The translations under genes and the position numbers were made by a program. The notes under the pieces are model-generated. The model had not been told where the DNA came from and ran no database searches. It saw only the letters and a list, made by a program, of their open reading frames with translations. From Armatimonadota bacterium (GTDB taxonomy: Bacteria; Armatimonadota; Zipacnadia; UBA1398; JAKPQA01), in the NCBI GenBank assembly GCA_029547025.1, contig JAKPQA010000101.1, positions 8,705 to 72,704 of the forward strand: a stretch of DNA of 64,000 bases. Direction: 5' to 3'. Shown piece after piece: positions 40,054 to 50,093 of the stretch. Within the stretch, counting starts at the first letter, position 1. Every line of letters starts with the position of its first letter.

Positions 40054-42670
40054 GAGGCGATGGGTCGCGGTTGGGCCTTCCGTGGGCCCCATCGCCTTCA
40101 GGCCGTGCGCGGCGCTCGTTCGCTGCGCCCTGCGGCCGACCGGAGACCAACCCAGCCCCACCCTTCAGCCGGGACGCCGCCCCCTCTGGCTGTGGCACGA
40201 CCTCATAGTGCGAGACGTCGCCGGCCGCGTCTTCGACCTCGAGTCGGAGCTCTCCCGCTTCGGCACGGAAGGGCACACGCCGGCGTGAGCCACCGTGGCT
40301 GACGGCCTCGACTCGGGCCACGGGCCATGGCGCCGGTACCGCGACGGGCCCGGAGGCCGTGGCGGTCATCAGCAGTGACCGGCCGGCGCGGACGACGAGC
40401 ACACGCGCCGGACCGTCACTGCCGCTCAGCCGGAGCGCAGCTGCCACGAGCGTGCCATCGGCAGCCTCACGCCGGGTGATTCCCGTAGCCGCGTCGAAGG
40501 TGCACTTCTGGCCCCCCAGCACGGGCGCCCGCTTGGCCAGGCGGGTGATCGCGCTCAAGCGGCGCGCCCATTCCGCGCTGAGGGGGATGCGACGGTTGGC
40601 GTGATCGCCTCGGTAGGCCGCACTCATCAGCGTGAAAGTGCCCCACACGGGGCGTTCGACCGCCTGCGTGTCGAGGTAGTGCTCGTAGGCGTTCCAGTCG
40701 TCGCAGTTGACCCACTGGCCCAGGGACAGCACGACCTCGGCGCGGCGGCGGAACCGGTCCGGATCATCGAACCAGTCCTCGTTGAGCCGACACACGTCCT
40801 GCACGTCGCCGAACAGAGGGTTCGCGCACCCGAGTGTGACCAGAGCGTCGGGCCGGTGGGACTTCACCGTGGAGTAGATGAACTGCAGCACCCGGGCTCG
40901 GTACTGCTCGCCCGCGCCCCATGAGGGGTCGGCGTGGAGTGCCCAGACCGGAGCTGCGGTGTAGGGGAAGTCCAGTTTGATGCCATCGGCGTTCCATCCC
41001 GACGCGGTCACATAGGAGGCGAGAGCCTCGGCGATGTGGGCGCGCACGTCGGCGCGTGTGTAGTCGAGGATCCAGTTGTTGGGGTCGTAGGACAACGGCC
41101 GGCCGGCGGAGTCCCTCATTGCCCATTCGGCGTGCCGGGACGTGTCCGGTTGCCAATGGGGCTGGGTCCAGAGCACGACGTGACGGCCCTGGCGATGAAG
41201 TTCGTCCACGAGCCCTTGCGAGAGCTGCCACCACCCCGCGTCCAGCACGACCAGTGGCGCCTCGATGTGCTTTTCGGCAAGCGTCGAGAGCCAGGCGCGC
41301 ACACGCTCTTCAGTCAGGCTGCCGACATCGCTGCCGCATTCCTGACTGGCATAGCACTGATCGCCCCACGTGCAGTACTCGGGTCCGCTCCACCACGCGG
41401 GGCGTGGACGGCCGGAGCGGGGCGGGACGGCCTGGAGGTAGCCGTTGAGGATGTCGCGTCTGGACGCGCCAGACAGGATGCCGAGCCGCGGCCCGAAGGT
41501 CCAGCCGTATGCATGGGTGTCCGGATCAGTGGCCAGCAGGAATGGACACGTCAGACCCCCGTCCCGCCACTCGATGCGCAGTCCATCCTCGGCTCGCGGC
41601 AGGTCCAGAGTGGCGAGACCCGCCCAGCCATGCTCCCCCTCGAGGGCGACGAGGTAGGGGGGGAGCAGGAAACGGCCGCCCGTGGTCACGTTCTCCGGCA
41701 CCATCTCACGCGTCCGGTCGACGGACGTGAGAGAGACGGTGAACCGACCGGTGAGGGATCGCTCGTAGTCGTCGGGGCACCAGTGGTGGAGCTTCACCGC
41801 GTGGGGGTACACCCGGGTCCATCCGTCACCCAGGGGTGACGTGTCGAGATCATCCGGAGGTCCGAGGACACAGGGCCCGCGCCATAGGCCGCCCTGTCCT
41901 TCCGAGTTGTGCACGATGATGGCAAGGACATGCGTGTCGGGGCCGGGCTCGCGGCCCGTGGCGAAGTCGTAGCGGCGCGCGATCGTCCACGGCAGGGAAG
42001 CGGCGTTGGCCGCGGTCTCGCCAACGCGGAGGCCGTCCCAGAGGGTCTGATCGTCTTCGTCGACACCGCCGAGGATCAGGCGCATGACCTGTGGATCGCT
42101 GCCCAATCGCACGGCGCGGCGGTGGGTGAGTCGACCGGCGCCCTGGAACACGCCGGGGACTGGAACGAGAAGCCAGGGCTCGAGGTGGGCCTCTGGTTCC
42201 CGCGCCAGCCAGAGGCCTTCGAGGTCGTAGCAGCGTGCCGCCATGCGGCCCCCGTAGACCAGGCGCACCAGGCGCGTGGGCGGGATGCGCCACCTGACGC
42301 CGACCCGAGCCTCGATCCGGCGGGGCAGAAGACGGAACATGTCGATCTGCTCGCAGAACGCATGGGGTGGCGGGAAGCGCCATCGCCAGGTGAGCACGAG
42401 GCCGCCCTGATCATCGCGGTCCACGCGGGGCTCGGCACGGTGAGCGGGCGACGGGTCAAGCGGAACGGCGGGATCGGCCGGGGCACAGGCGGCGCCAACG
42501 GGCCACGACAGCAGCCGCTCGCCCGACAGTGACATCATCTCGATCGTCCCGGCAGTCCACTGGGCTACGTAGGTCTCGGCGCGGTACCCTCCCGCGACCG
42601 GATGTGCGCCGGTGGCGCGGGATCCAACCACCAGCGCCACGAGCATGAGGGGGACTGTGTGGGCTCCCAC
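40037..42670 (-). CDS. Glycoside-hydrolase-like TIM-barrel protein, clan GH-D-like (GH36/GH27/GH31-type alpha-galactosidase-like)
   Basis: 877 aa with a signal peptide. VVLDAGWW (compare GH36 VLDDGWF) and GIKLDFPY nucleophile-like motif. Family assignment is tentative. Confidence 0.5.
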   Translation of the reverse strand: MGAHTVPLMLVALVVGSRATGAHPVAGGYRAETYVAQWTAGTIEMMSLSGERLLSWPVGAACAPADPAVPLDPSPAHRAEPRVDRDDQGGLVLTWRWRFPPPHAFCEQIDMFRLLPRRIEARVGVRWRIPPTRLVRLVYGGRMAARCYDLEGLWLAREPEAHLEPWLLVPVPGVFQGAGRLTHRRAVRLGSDPQVMRLILGGVDEDDQTLWDGLRVGETAANAASLPWTIARRYDFATGREPGPDTHVLAIIVHNSEGQGGLWRGPCVLGPPDDLDTSPLGDGWTRVYPHAVKLHHWCPDDYERSLTGRFTVSLTSVDRTREMVPENVTTGGRFLLPPYLVALEGEHGWAGLATLDLPRAEDGLRIEWRDGGLTCPFLLATDPDTHAYGWTFGPRLGILSGASRRDILNGYLQAVPPRSGRPRPAWWSGPEYCTWGDQCYASQECGSDVGSLTEERVRAWLSTLAEKHIEAPLVVLDAGWWQLSQGLVDELHRQGRHVVLWTQPHWQPDTSRHAEWAMRDSAGRPLSYDPNNWILDYTRADVRAHIAEALASYVTASGWNADGIKLDFPYTAAPVWALHADPSWGAGEQYRARVLQFIYSTVKSHRPDALVTLGCANPLFGDVQDVCRLNEDWFDDPDRFRRRAEVVLSLGQWVNCDDWNAYEHYLDTQAVERPVWGTFTLMSAAYRGDHANRRIPLSAEWARRLSAITRLAKRAPVLGGQKCTFDAATGITRREAADGTLVAAALRLSGSDGPARVLVVRAGRSLLMTATASGPVAVPAPWPVARVEAVSHGGSRRRVPFRAEAGELRLEVEDAAGDVSHYEVVPQPEGAASRLKGGAGLVSGRPQGAANERRARPEGDGAHGRPNRDPSPPTAAR

Positions 42671-42686
42671 TGGGGACCTCCCCTAT

Positions 42687-44276
42687 CTATCGGGGACGCA
42701 CGATCTCGATGAGATGAGGGGCCGATCGGCGCGCCCCGAGGGCCCTTCCGGCGGCTTCGGCGGCCTCAACTGGTGAACGGACCCGTTCCGCCGAAGCGCC
42801 GAGAGCGACGGCCACGGCGGCGAAGTCATGCGCGCGTGGGTACCTGACCTGGTGGCATTGCCCGTGGTACGCGTCTTCCTGCATGCGACGGATGACGCCT
42901 AGTTCGCCGTTGTTGTCGAGGATGACCACGAGTCCCTGGCCCAGGTCTGCCGCCGTCGCGAGCTCCATGCCCGATATGAAGAAGCCCCCATCGCCCATGA
43001 CGGCCACTACGGGGCGGCCCGGGCACGCGGCGGCCGCGCCGATCGCAGCCGGGAGCGCATAGCCCATGGCGATGAACAGAGCCGGCACCAGGAGCGTCCG
43101 GGACGAGTAGACGGGGAACCGCGAGTACAGCGCGTCCCACCAGTGCAGTACATCGGACACGACGATGCCGTCATCGGGTACCGCGGCGCGCAGCGCGGCG
43201 GCGAAGGCGCTTCGTTCGTCGTCCGGCTTGGCAGGGGCCTCCATGACCTCGCGCCGTATGCGGGCCAGGCTCTCGAGCCGCTCGGGTGGGGCGGCCGGCC
43301 GGCGGGCCAGGCGACCGATGAGCTGGTCGACCACACGTCGGGCATCGCCCGGGATCTGCAGATCTGCGCGATAGCGGCAGTCGAAAGCGCGGGGGTCGAT
43401 GTCGACATGGATGAGGGGCCTTGGAACCCGCATCGACCAGCCGCCAGTGGTCACCTCGGAGAACCGGCACCCGATGGCGAGCATGGCATCGGCGTGTTCG
43501 AGGATCCGGCGCGCCAGGGGCGAGCGGGCAAAGCCCCCAGCGAGCTCGTGTCGATCCGGCAGCGCCCCGCGGCCCATCATGGTCGTGAGCACGGGGGCGT
43601 GGAGGGTCTCGGCGAGGATCTGCAGTGGGTGTTCGGCGCCGGCAGAGATGACTCCACCGCCGGCGAGGATCACGGGAAAGCGGGCCTCGCACAGTACGTC
43701 AACGGCCCGGTGCGCTCGACACTCGGACGTCGCCCGGCGGCGGGGGGGCACGACCCGCACGTGGGGGGAATCGGATCCCTCGGCGCGGAGTACGGGTTCG
43801 GGCACCTCAAGGTGGACGGGGCCCGGACGGCCGGAGAGTGCCGCGTGGATGGCGCGTGCCACCAGTTCGGGGATATCGTCAGGTTGCCGGGCACGAGCGG
43901 CCCATTTGACAGCGGGCCGGAGCAGGGCGAACTTGGCCAGTTCGTGGTAGGCGCCACGGCCCGCAGACTCCGGGTCGACATCGGCGGTGACGGCCAGCAA
44001 GGGTATGGCGTCCGATAGGGCCTCGGCCAGGGGTGTCGCGAGATTCGTCGCTCCGGGCCCCGCGGTCGTGATGGCACAGGCGATGCGGCCCGACGCCCTC
44101 GCGTAGCCGTCGGCAGCGAAGCCGGCTGTCTGTTCGTGTCGCACCAGCACATGGTTGACAGCACCGTGGCGGCGTAGCGCATCGTAGATGGGATTGGAGT
44201 GGAACCCCGGAATCCCGAAGGCCGTGTCGATGCCACAGTTGTGTAGGGCGGCCACGAGCAGATCGGCACCGGTCAT
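42687..44276 (-). CDS. Thiamine-pyrophosphate-dependent enzyme (acetolactate synthase large subunit / sulfoacetaldehyde acetyltransferase-like)
   Basis: 529 aa from MTGADLLVAALHNCGIDTAFGIPG (N-terminal Pyr domain). TPP-binding motif GDGGF...LDNN near the C-terminus. The start overlaps the stop of the upstream GHL10 gene. Confidence 0.8.
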   Translation of the reverse strand: MTGADLLVAALHNCGIDTAFGIPGFHSNPIYDALRRHGAVNHVLVRHEQTAGFAADGYARASGRIACAITTAGPGATNLATPLAEALSDAIPLLAVTADVDPESAGRGAYHELAKFALLRPAVKWAARARQPDDIPELVARAIHAALSGRPGPVHLEVPEPVLRAEGSDSPHVRVVPPRRRATSECRAHRAVDVLCEARFPVILAGGGVISAGAEHPLQILAETLHAPVLTTMMGRGALPDRHELAGGFARSPLARRILEHADAMLAIGCRFSEVTTGGWSMRVPRPLIHVDIDPRAFDCRYRADLQIPGDARRVVDQLIGRLARRPAAPPERLESLARIRREVMEAPAKPDDERSAFAAALRAAVPDDGIVVSDVLHWWDALYSRFPVYSSRTLLVPALFIAMGYALPAAIGAAAACPGRPVVAVMGDGGFFISGMELATAADLGQGLVVILDNNGELGVIRRMQEDAYHGQCHQVRYPRAHDFAAVAVALGASAERVRSPVEAAEAAGRALGARRSAPHLIEIVRPR

Positions 44277-47200
44277 CGGTTCCCTCCAGCTTCGCCGGGG
44301 CGCGGCGGGAGGTTGCCCACGGCGCCGCCGCTGTTCTGCGGCATCCCGGGGGGTCCCTCCGGCGCGGGTTGCGGCAGGGCGCCGCCGGGCTGGGGCGCCG
44401 GCGAGGGAGTGGACCCTGCTGGGGCGCCCGCAAGCCAGCGGACGAGGTTCAGCAGGATGGCGGCCTCCTGGTGGCTTGGGGGCGCCTCGCGCCGCTGATC
44501 GGGGGTGCCCGCCTGTCCGATGGCAAGGCCGCAAAGGGCCACCCGGCCGCGATCGAGCTCGCCCACCACGACGGTGCCCTGGTCGGGCTTGGTGCCCGCG
44601 TCCGGATGCCCAATGATGGGGACGCCTTCCACGCCTCTGAGGAGCATCACGTGGTTCTCGAACGCCGGCTTGAAGGGCTGAGTGCGCGGCAGCCCTTCCA
44701 GGGCAGGGTGCTCGGTCTCGAGCGTGACGACTTGCCGCGCTGTGGACCGTGCGCCGCCCTTCAGAGGCGACCCGACCGGTGCGAAGAGAACCGGTGTGCC
44801 GCCGAGCCCGCACGCGTCGTGTAGCAGGAGGACTCCACCACCCATCTGACCCATGAAGCTCTGAATGGCTTCCGCGATGTCGGGAGTGAACACGGCCTGG
44901 GGCTCCTCGGGGTCGGTGATGATCAATATGTCGAACCGCGAGAGGGTCTCGGGCTTGAGGTCCGCCACCAACTCGGCGGCCATGGCACCCGACTGCCCGT
45001 TGAGGAAGCCTGCAATCGAACGCGCGCCGGCGCCCTTTTCGAAGATTGCCACGTCGATCCGGCCGGCGCGCTCCTCGGCTTGCCGAAACTCGGCGATCTG
45101 CGCGGGGGGTACCACCGAGAAGAGGGAGCTGTGACGGACGGCGCCATCAGGCACACCCGGGAGACCGACGAATCGGGCCACGATGCGGTACGTACCCTGG
45201 ACACCGCGGAAAGTCACCTGAGCGCCGCCCTCAGGCCCGGCCTCGGGGGCACGAAGGCTGTGGACCTCACCCGTCTCCGCGTTCTCAATCCCCGGCCTCA
45301 GTGTCTCAAAGGGCACGCCGGGGCCCGCGTCGATCGTGGCGCGGATCACGTCCCCCTCTCCGTACGTCTTCGGATGCGTCCGCGGCACCGGTTCATCGAG
45401 AAGGACAAAGCGTGTCCTCGGCCCATCGTAGGGAGGCACGGCTGCCAGTTGGCCGATGCCGCAGCCCAGCAGCTGGAGCTGCTCGTGGAGCAGCTCGGGG
45501 CCGACCTGGCGAACGGCGAATCCTGTGGCGCCGCCCAGCCTGGCCGCGGCCGCGAGGTCGAGGATCCGGGTGGGGTCGGGCGAGGCCCCTGGCGGTGTTC
45601 GGGCCCAGATGGAGGCGCACACCTCGGCCCGTCCATCGGCAGATCGGACCTGCCCTTCGACCAGAGTCCGGAGGGCCTGGGCGTCGGCGTCGTAGTTCAT
45701 CGGTATGATGACGTCGATATCGCCCGACTGCAGCCAGGATGGCCAGTCGGACTGCCCAAAGGCGGAATCGAGGGGGCTGGGCGCGATGGTTACCGAGACC
45801 ACTGCGGTGGGTCTGGCCTCCTTGGCGGCCCGGGCCAGGGCGGCGACGATGCGCCCGATCTGTGCGTTCCGGAACTCGGCGTAGCGCTGGCGCAACGGGC
45901 CCTGCGTGACACATCGGGGCCAATCGGTGATCTGCTCAGCACCGATCTCTCTCGCGAAGGATTCCCGGCACGACGGGCAGTAGCAGGCGCCTGCCCCGCC
46001 ATAGCGTACGTAGTCGAGCACGATGCCACGGAGAGGATAGCGGCCGAGGAGTTCCGCGATAATCCGCTTGTTGAGCTCGAGGTTCTCGCCGTGCGAGGGG
46101 CACAGCCACGGCTGGCGTTTGCCGGACGGGTCGGTCTGGATGCGGTGGGCCTTGGCGAGTTCCTCAACCTGCTCCGGGGTAATGTCGCCCAAGGCCATGA
46201 CCGAATGCCATGCGTGAAGGTCGACGTCGAAGCGCGGGGCGAGGTCCAGGCCCGCCTGGAGCGGGTCATCGCCGGGGGTGACACGGGGAGAGGCCGGCAC
46301 CACCTGGCTCGGGTAGGCGGCCATGGCGGGTGTCGACGTGCCCAGGAAGAGCGCGTTCACCCCGGCGTTGGCCAGGGCCTGTAGCAGGGGGCCCCATTGG
46401 CCCGCCGACGGGAGGGTTTGGCACCAGACGGCTCGCACCTCGCAGCTGCGCGATGAGAAGCTCGTGGCATAGGCGGTCTGGAATGCGAGCGCGGCATCGG
46501 CGGCCGCGGCCAAGCCTTCGGCCCAGCTCTGCTGTTGGATGGCGCGCAGTGCGTCGCCATTCCGGGCGACCGCCTCATCCAGCGGGCCGCGGATTCCCGG
46601 GTGCTCTCCGCATGCGTTTTGCAGGAAGGCGAAGCTGTCGGCCATGGAGGCGAATCGGCCGACCTTTCCCACCGAGGCGCTTGCTGCATCGGCGGCGGCC
46701 TTCAGCGCATCGGGGTCGATCCTGCCGATGAGGCTGATCAGAAACTGGCCCATACGCACCCCATCGAGGGGTTGAGGCTCCCACCCGAGGGCGATGCCGT
46801 TGGCGAACGCGATGGCTGCGGGCTGGCCGGTATCGGTGCCGTCCTCTACGAGCCAGGAGGCTAGTCGTTCAGCGCCATCGGCTTCGTAGAGAGTCACCAC
46901 GCTGGGGTTCTGCCGCACCCGGTTGGGGGCACCGGGAGTCAGCCCTGCGACCGGCGCCACAAGGGAGGGGCGGGCTGCCGCTGAGTTGGGGGGCACAGGC
47001 TTGAGCCCCAGACTGGCGGCCACCGTCTCGTCGAGGGGGCCGAGCACGAGCACCTTCCCGCCCCGTCTGAGGTACTCGGCGAGTCGACCCGGGGTGTCTT
47101 TGGGGAAGTCGTATCCGCGGAGCACCACGACAGCGGGCGCCGGGGTCTCTTTGCCTCCCAACGGGTCGGCCGGGGGGAGGACGAGAGTCTGCCCCAGCGC

Positions 47201-47350
47201 CGTCAGCGCCGCTTCAACGAACGCGGCGCTGCCCATATCATGGGACGCCCCGCTGAGAACGCCGATGGGAGCGCACCAGGCGACGCCCAGCGACGAGGCC
47301 ACAGCACAGGCCACCTGAAGCCACCAACACCGGCGGAAGATGCGGTGCAC
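44273..47350 (-). CDS. Secreted fusion protein: GHL10 (PF02638-like, YngK family glycoside-hydrolase-like) domain plus ThuA-like class-I glutamine-amidotransferase-like domain, with a Pro-rich tail
   Basis: 1025 aa. Signal peptide. Central LDYVRYGGAGACYCPSCRESF (GHL10-type Cys cluster). C-terminal ThuA-like region (FDILIITDPEEP...GGGVLLLHDACG). The C-terminus is Pro/Gly-rich. Confidence 0.55.
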   Translation of the reverse strand: MHRIFRRCWWLQVACAVASSLGVAWCAPIGVLSGASHDMGSAAFVEAALTALGQTLVLPPADPLGGKETPAPAVVVLRGYDFPKDTPGRLAEYLRRGGKVLVLGPLDETVAASLGLKPVPPNSAAARPSLVAPVAGLTPGAPNRVRQNPSVVTLYEADGAERLASWLVEDGTDTGQPAAIAFANGIALGWEPQPLDGVRMGQFLISLIGRIDPDALKAAADAASASVGKVGRFASMADSFAFLQNACGEHPGIRGPLDEAVARNGDALRAIQQQSWAEGLAAAADAALAFQTAYATSFSSRSCEVRAVWCQTLPSAGQWGPLLQALANAGVNALFLGTSTPAMAAYPSQVVPASPRVTPGDDPLQAGLDLAPRFDVDLHAWHSVMALGDITPEQVEELAKAHRIQTDPSGKRQPWLCPSHGENLELNKRIIAELLGRYPLRGIVLDYVRYGGAGACYCPSCRESFAREIGAEQITDWPRCVTQGPLRQRYAEFRNAQIGRIVAALARAAKEARPTAVVSVTIAPSPLDSAFGQSDWPSWLQSGDIDVIIPMNYDADAQALRTLVEGQVRSADGRAEVCASIWARTPPGASPDPTRILDLAAAARLGGATGFAVRQVGPELLHEQLQLLGCGIGQLAAVPPYDGPRTRFVLLDEPVPRTHPKTYGEGDVIRATIDAGPGVPFETLRPGIENAETGEVHSLRAPEAGPEGGAQVTFRGVQGTYRIVARFVGLPGVPDGAVRHSSLFSVVPPAQIAEFRQAEERAGRIDVAIFEKGAGARSIAGFLNGQSGAMAAELVADLKPETLSRFDILIITDPEEPQAVFTPDIAEAIQSFMGQMGGGVLLLHDACGLGGTPVLFAPVGSPLKGGARSTARQVVTLETEHPALEGLPRTQPFKPAFENHVMLLRGVEGVPIIGHPDAGTKPDQGTVVVGELDRGRVALCGLAIGQAGTPDQRREAPPSHQEAAILLNLVRWLAGAPAGSTPSPAPQPGGALPQPAPEGPPGMPQNSGGAVGNLPPRPGEAGGNR

Positions 47351-47476
47351 CGTCCTCCCCAGTCTCGCGGGGGCCCGCAGCCATGGCCATGGCGCGGCCC
47401 CTGTCGCTACTAGCGACGTCGAGACGAGTCCACGCGTCTCACACGGCTGGCGCTCGGCCGCATGAGGGAGCTGTCG

Positions 47477-48433
47477 CTAGAGGATGTTGGCGTCGAGCAG
47501 ATCCTGGACGTCAATGATCCCCACCGGCCTGCCGTCGGCATCCACGACGGGCATGTTATCCCACTTGTGGTCGTGCAGGATTCGCAGGGCCTCGGCGGCC
47601 AGGTGGTCCTGGCCGATGCAGGTGGGGTTGCGGGTCATCACATCGGCCACCGTTCGGTCCAGGATTCCGGGGTCGCGCGCGAGCCCTCGGCGGAGGTCTC
47701 CATCGGTGAACAGCCCAACGAGACGGCCATCGGCGTCGACCACGGTGGCGACTCCGGCGCTACGCGCCGCGGTCATGACGAAGAGCACGTCGAATACCCG
47801 GGTCTCCGGAGCGACCAGAGGGTTCGCATCGCCGGTGCGCATGATGTCGCGGCACCGGGCGAGGCGTTTGCCCAGGCTCCCGCCGGGGTGGAACCGCGCG
47901 AAATCCTGCGGGCCGAACCGTCGATGGGCCATGACCGTAATGGCCAGAGCGTCGCCCAGGGCGAGAGTCACGACGGCGCTGGCCGTGGGCGCGAGGTTGT
48001 TCGGGTCGGCCTCACGCTCGACGTAGCAGTTGATGACCGCATCGGCCTCACGGCCCAACGGCGACTCGAGCCGGCCGGTCATGGCGATCACGGGCACGCC
48101 AACCGACCGGGCGTAGGGCAGCATGTCGAGTACCTCTTGGGTCGCGCCGGAGTAGGAGATGGCGATGAGCACATCACCGGGCGTCACCATGCCGAAGTCG
48201 CCATGCGGGGCCTCGGCGGAGTGCAGGTAGAATGACGGAGTGCCCGTGCTGGCCAAGGTCGAGGCGATCTTGCGGGCCATGGCACCGGACTTGCCGAGTC
48301 CCGTGACCACGACGCGGCCCCGGCAGGCGAGCACCAGATCGCGGGCCTTGGCGAATGACGCGTCCAGGCGATCCGCGGCTTGCGCGATGGCCTCCGACTC
48401 GATGGCGAGTACCTCACGTGCTCTTTCATCCAT
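47477..48433 (-). CDS. kdsD: Arabinose-5-phosphate isomerase (KpsF/KdsD; SIS plus tandem CBS domains)
   Basis: 318 aa from MDERAREVLAIE. SIS motif VVVTGLGKSG. C-terminal CBS pair. Confidence 0.85.
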   Translation of the reverse strand: MDERAREVLAIESEAIAQAADRLDASFAKARDLVLACRGRVVVTGLGKSGAMARKIASTLASTGTPSFYLHSAEAPHGDFGMVTPGDVLIAISYSGATQEVLDMLPYARSVGVPVIAMTGRLESPLGREADAVINCYVEREADPNNLAPTASAVVTLALGDALAITVMAHRRFGPQDFARFHPGGSLGKRLARCRDIMRTGDANPLVAPETRVFDVLFVMTAARSAGVATVVDADGRLVGLFTDGDLRRGLARDPGILDRTVADVMTRNPTCIGQDHLAAEALRILHDHKWDNMPVVDADGRPVGIIDVQDLLDANIL

Positions 48434-48441
48434 GGCAGATC

Positions 48442-48984
48442 TCACTTGTTCTGACCGTCGAGGGGTTCGGCGGTCAGCTCCTCTCGCGGTACTAGGCCCA
48501 TGCGGCGGATGGCCCACATCTGGGCGCAGCGGCCGATCCGGTTCAGCACGAACTCGTTCGGCGTCAGGCGGTCAACCAGGATGCTGCATAGCCCGGCCCT
48601 TCTAGCACCGAGAATATCGGTATACGTCTGATCCCCCACCACGGCGACGCGGTCGGGTGGACAGGCCAGGGCCTCGAGCGCCCGGATGAACCCGCGGCGA
48701 CGGGGTTTGGACGCCCACCCGATGGCGGGGATCCCCAGTCGCTTCTCCACCTCGCGCACGCGCCGGATAGATCGGCAGTTGGTCAGTACCAGGAGGCGCA
48801 CGCCACTGGCTTGCACCGCGTTCATCCACTCGCGAACGGCTCTGGGTACATCCCGGTCGCGCCAGCCGGTCAGGGTGTTGTCCAGGTCCAGAATGAGCGC
48901 TTCGATACGCCGTGACCGGAGCCACTCGGGTGTGATTCCCGTGACGGTCCGGACGTAGTGGTCAGGCCGGAGGAAGTCGATCAT
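48442..48984 (-). CDS. HAD-IIIA phosphatase, YqeG-like
   Basis: 180 aa from MIDFLRPDHY. HAD motif I ILDLDNTL; motif IV VGDQTYTD. ATGA overlap with mltG. The upstream 89 aa of the track ORF are rejected. Confidence 0.7.
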   Translation of the reverse strand: MIDFLRPDHYVRTVTGITPEWLRSRRIEALILDLDNTLTGWRDRDVPRAVREWMNAVQASGVRLLVLTNCRSIRRVREVEKRLGIPAIGWASKPRRRGFIRALEALACPPDRVAVVGDQTYTDILGARRAGLCSILVDRLTPNEFVLNRIGRCAQMWAIRRMGLVPREELTAEPLDGQNK

Positions 48985-50024
48985 GTCCCCGCGGCCTCGT
49001 GCTCGGATGCCGACTTGGAGAAGTGGTGCCGGCCATCGGTGCCTTGCGTACGAAAGAACAGGTAGTCGGTCTTCGCCGGGTTCAACACGGCGGCGATGCA
49101 GGCCTCGCCCGGGCTGCCGATGGGGCCGGGAGGCAGTCCGGCGTGCCGGTATGTGTTGTATGGGGATTCGATGGCCAGATCGCGGTAGGAGAGCGTGGGC
49201 TTTGGGGCGTCGAGCAGGTACTGAACGGTGGCGCATGATTGCAGTTTCCACCCGAGTTCCAGGCGTTTGAGAAACACCTGGGCGATGATGGGGCGCTCGT
49301 CATCGACCTTGGCCTCACGTTCGACAATCGACGCCAGTGTCAGCACCTCGTGAAGCGGCATGGCGGACGAGTCCAGTTGCTGCTGGTACCGGGCGAGCGT
49401 GGTGCCCAGCCGTTCGATCATCAGGGCGCAAATGGCTGCCGGCTTCTCGCCTTCGCGGAAGAAGTAGGTGTCGGGGAACAGATAACCCTCGAGGGACTTG
49501 GCCGGGACGGCAATCCCGCTGATGTGGGCAGGCCCCGCCTGGGTGGCGTAGGCGAGGAAGTCGTTGGCGTCGACGACGCCCGCATCCGACAGACGGTCCG
49601 CGATCTGCCGGAGTGTATAGCCCTCCGGCACAGTCACGGGGACGAGTACCGACCGGCCCGCGACCAGGTCCCGCATGATCTCAGTGGGCCGCATGGAAGG
49701 CTGGAAGACGTAGTCGCCGGCCTTGAACGACACATCCTGGCGAGAGCGGGCGGCCGCAAGGCGGAACCATAGGGCACTGCGGATCACCCCCGCCCGTTCG
49801 AGGCGTTCGGCGATTCCGCGCGCTCCGGTGCCGGGGTCGATCTGCACCCGGATGTGCCGGGTATCGGCCGGATCGACGGGCCGCAGGGCGGTGCGCCACT
49901 GGGCGAACACGGCCACGCCACATGCGAGCACCAGCAGAACGAGTGCGCCGACCACTCCGATGCCTCGGCGTGCCGCGCGAGTCAAAGCACCACTCACTTC
50001 CTCGGGGCCGGCCCGAGCCCGCAT
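48981..50024 (-). CDS. mltG: Endolytic murein transglycosylase MltG (YceG family)
   Basis: 347 aa from MRARAG. N-terminal TM anchor. YceG-type sequence with the LASIVEREA catalytic-region motif. Confidence 0.85.
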   Translation of the reverse strand: MRARAGPEEVSGALTRAARRGIGVVGALVLLVLACGVAVFAQWRTALRPVDPADTRHIRVQIDPGTGARGIAERLERAGVIRSALWFRLAAARSRQDVSFKAGDYVFQPSMRPTEIMRDLVAGRSVLVPVTVPEGYTLRQIADRLSDAGVVDANDFLAYATQAGPAHISGIAVPAKSLEGYLFPDTYFFREGEKPAAICALMIERLGTTLARYQQQLDSSAMPLHEVLTLASIVEREAKVDDERPIIAQVFLKRLELGWKLQSCATVQYLLDAPKPTLSYRDLAIESPYNTYRHAGLPPGPIGSPGEACIAAVLNPAKTDYLFFRTQGTDGRHHFSKSASEHEAAGT

Positions 50025-50093
50025 GACGCTTCGAACGCAGCACGCGGGCGGCTGAGCGCCCGCGTGCATGGTCTGTGACCGCCATTCGATGGG

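Noticed and set aside
44277-44813. 179-codon N-terminal extension of the TPP-enzyme ORF (42687..44813)
   Set aside because: It is an Arg-rich artefact overlapping the C-terminus of the GHL10 gene. TPP enzymes start at the Pyr domain (MTGADLLVAALHNCG), and that ATG overlaps the upstream stop.
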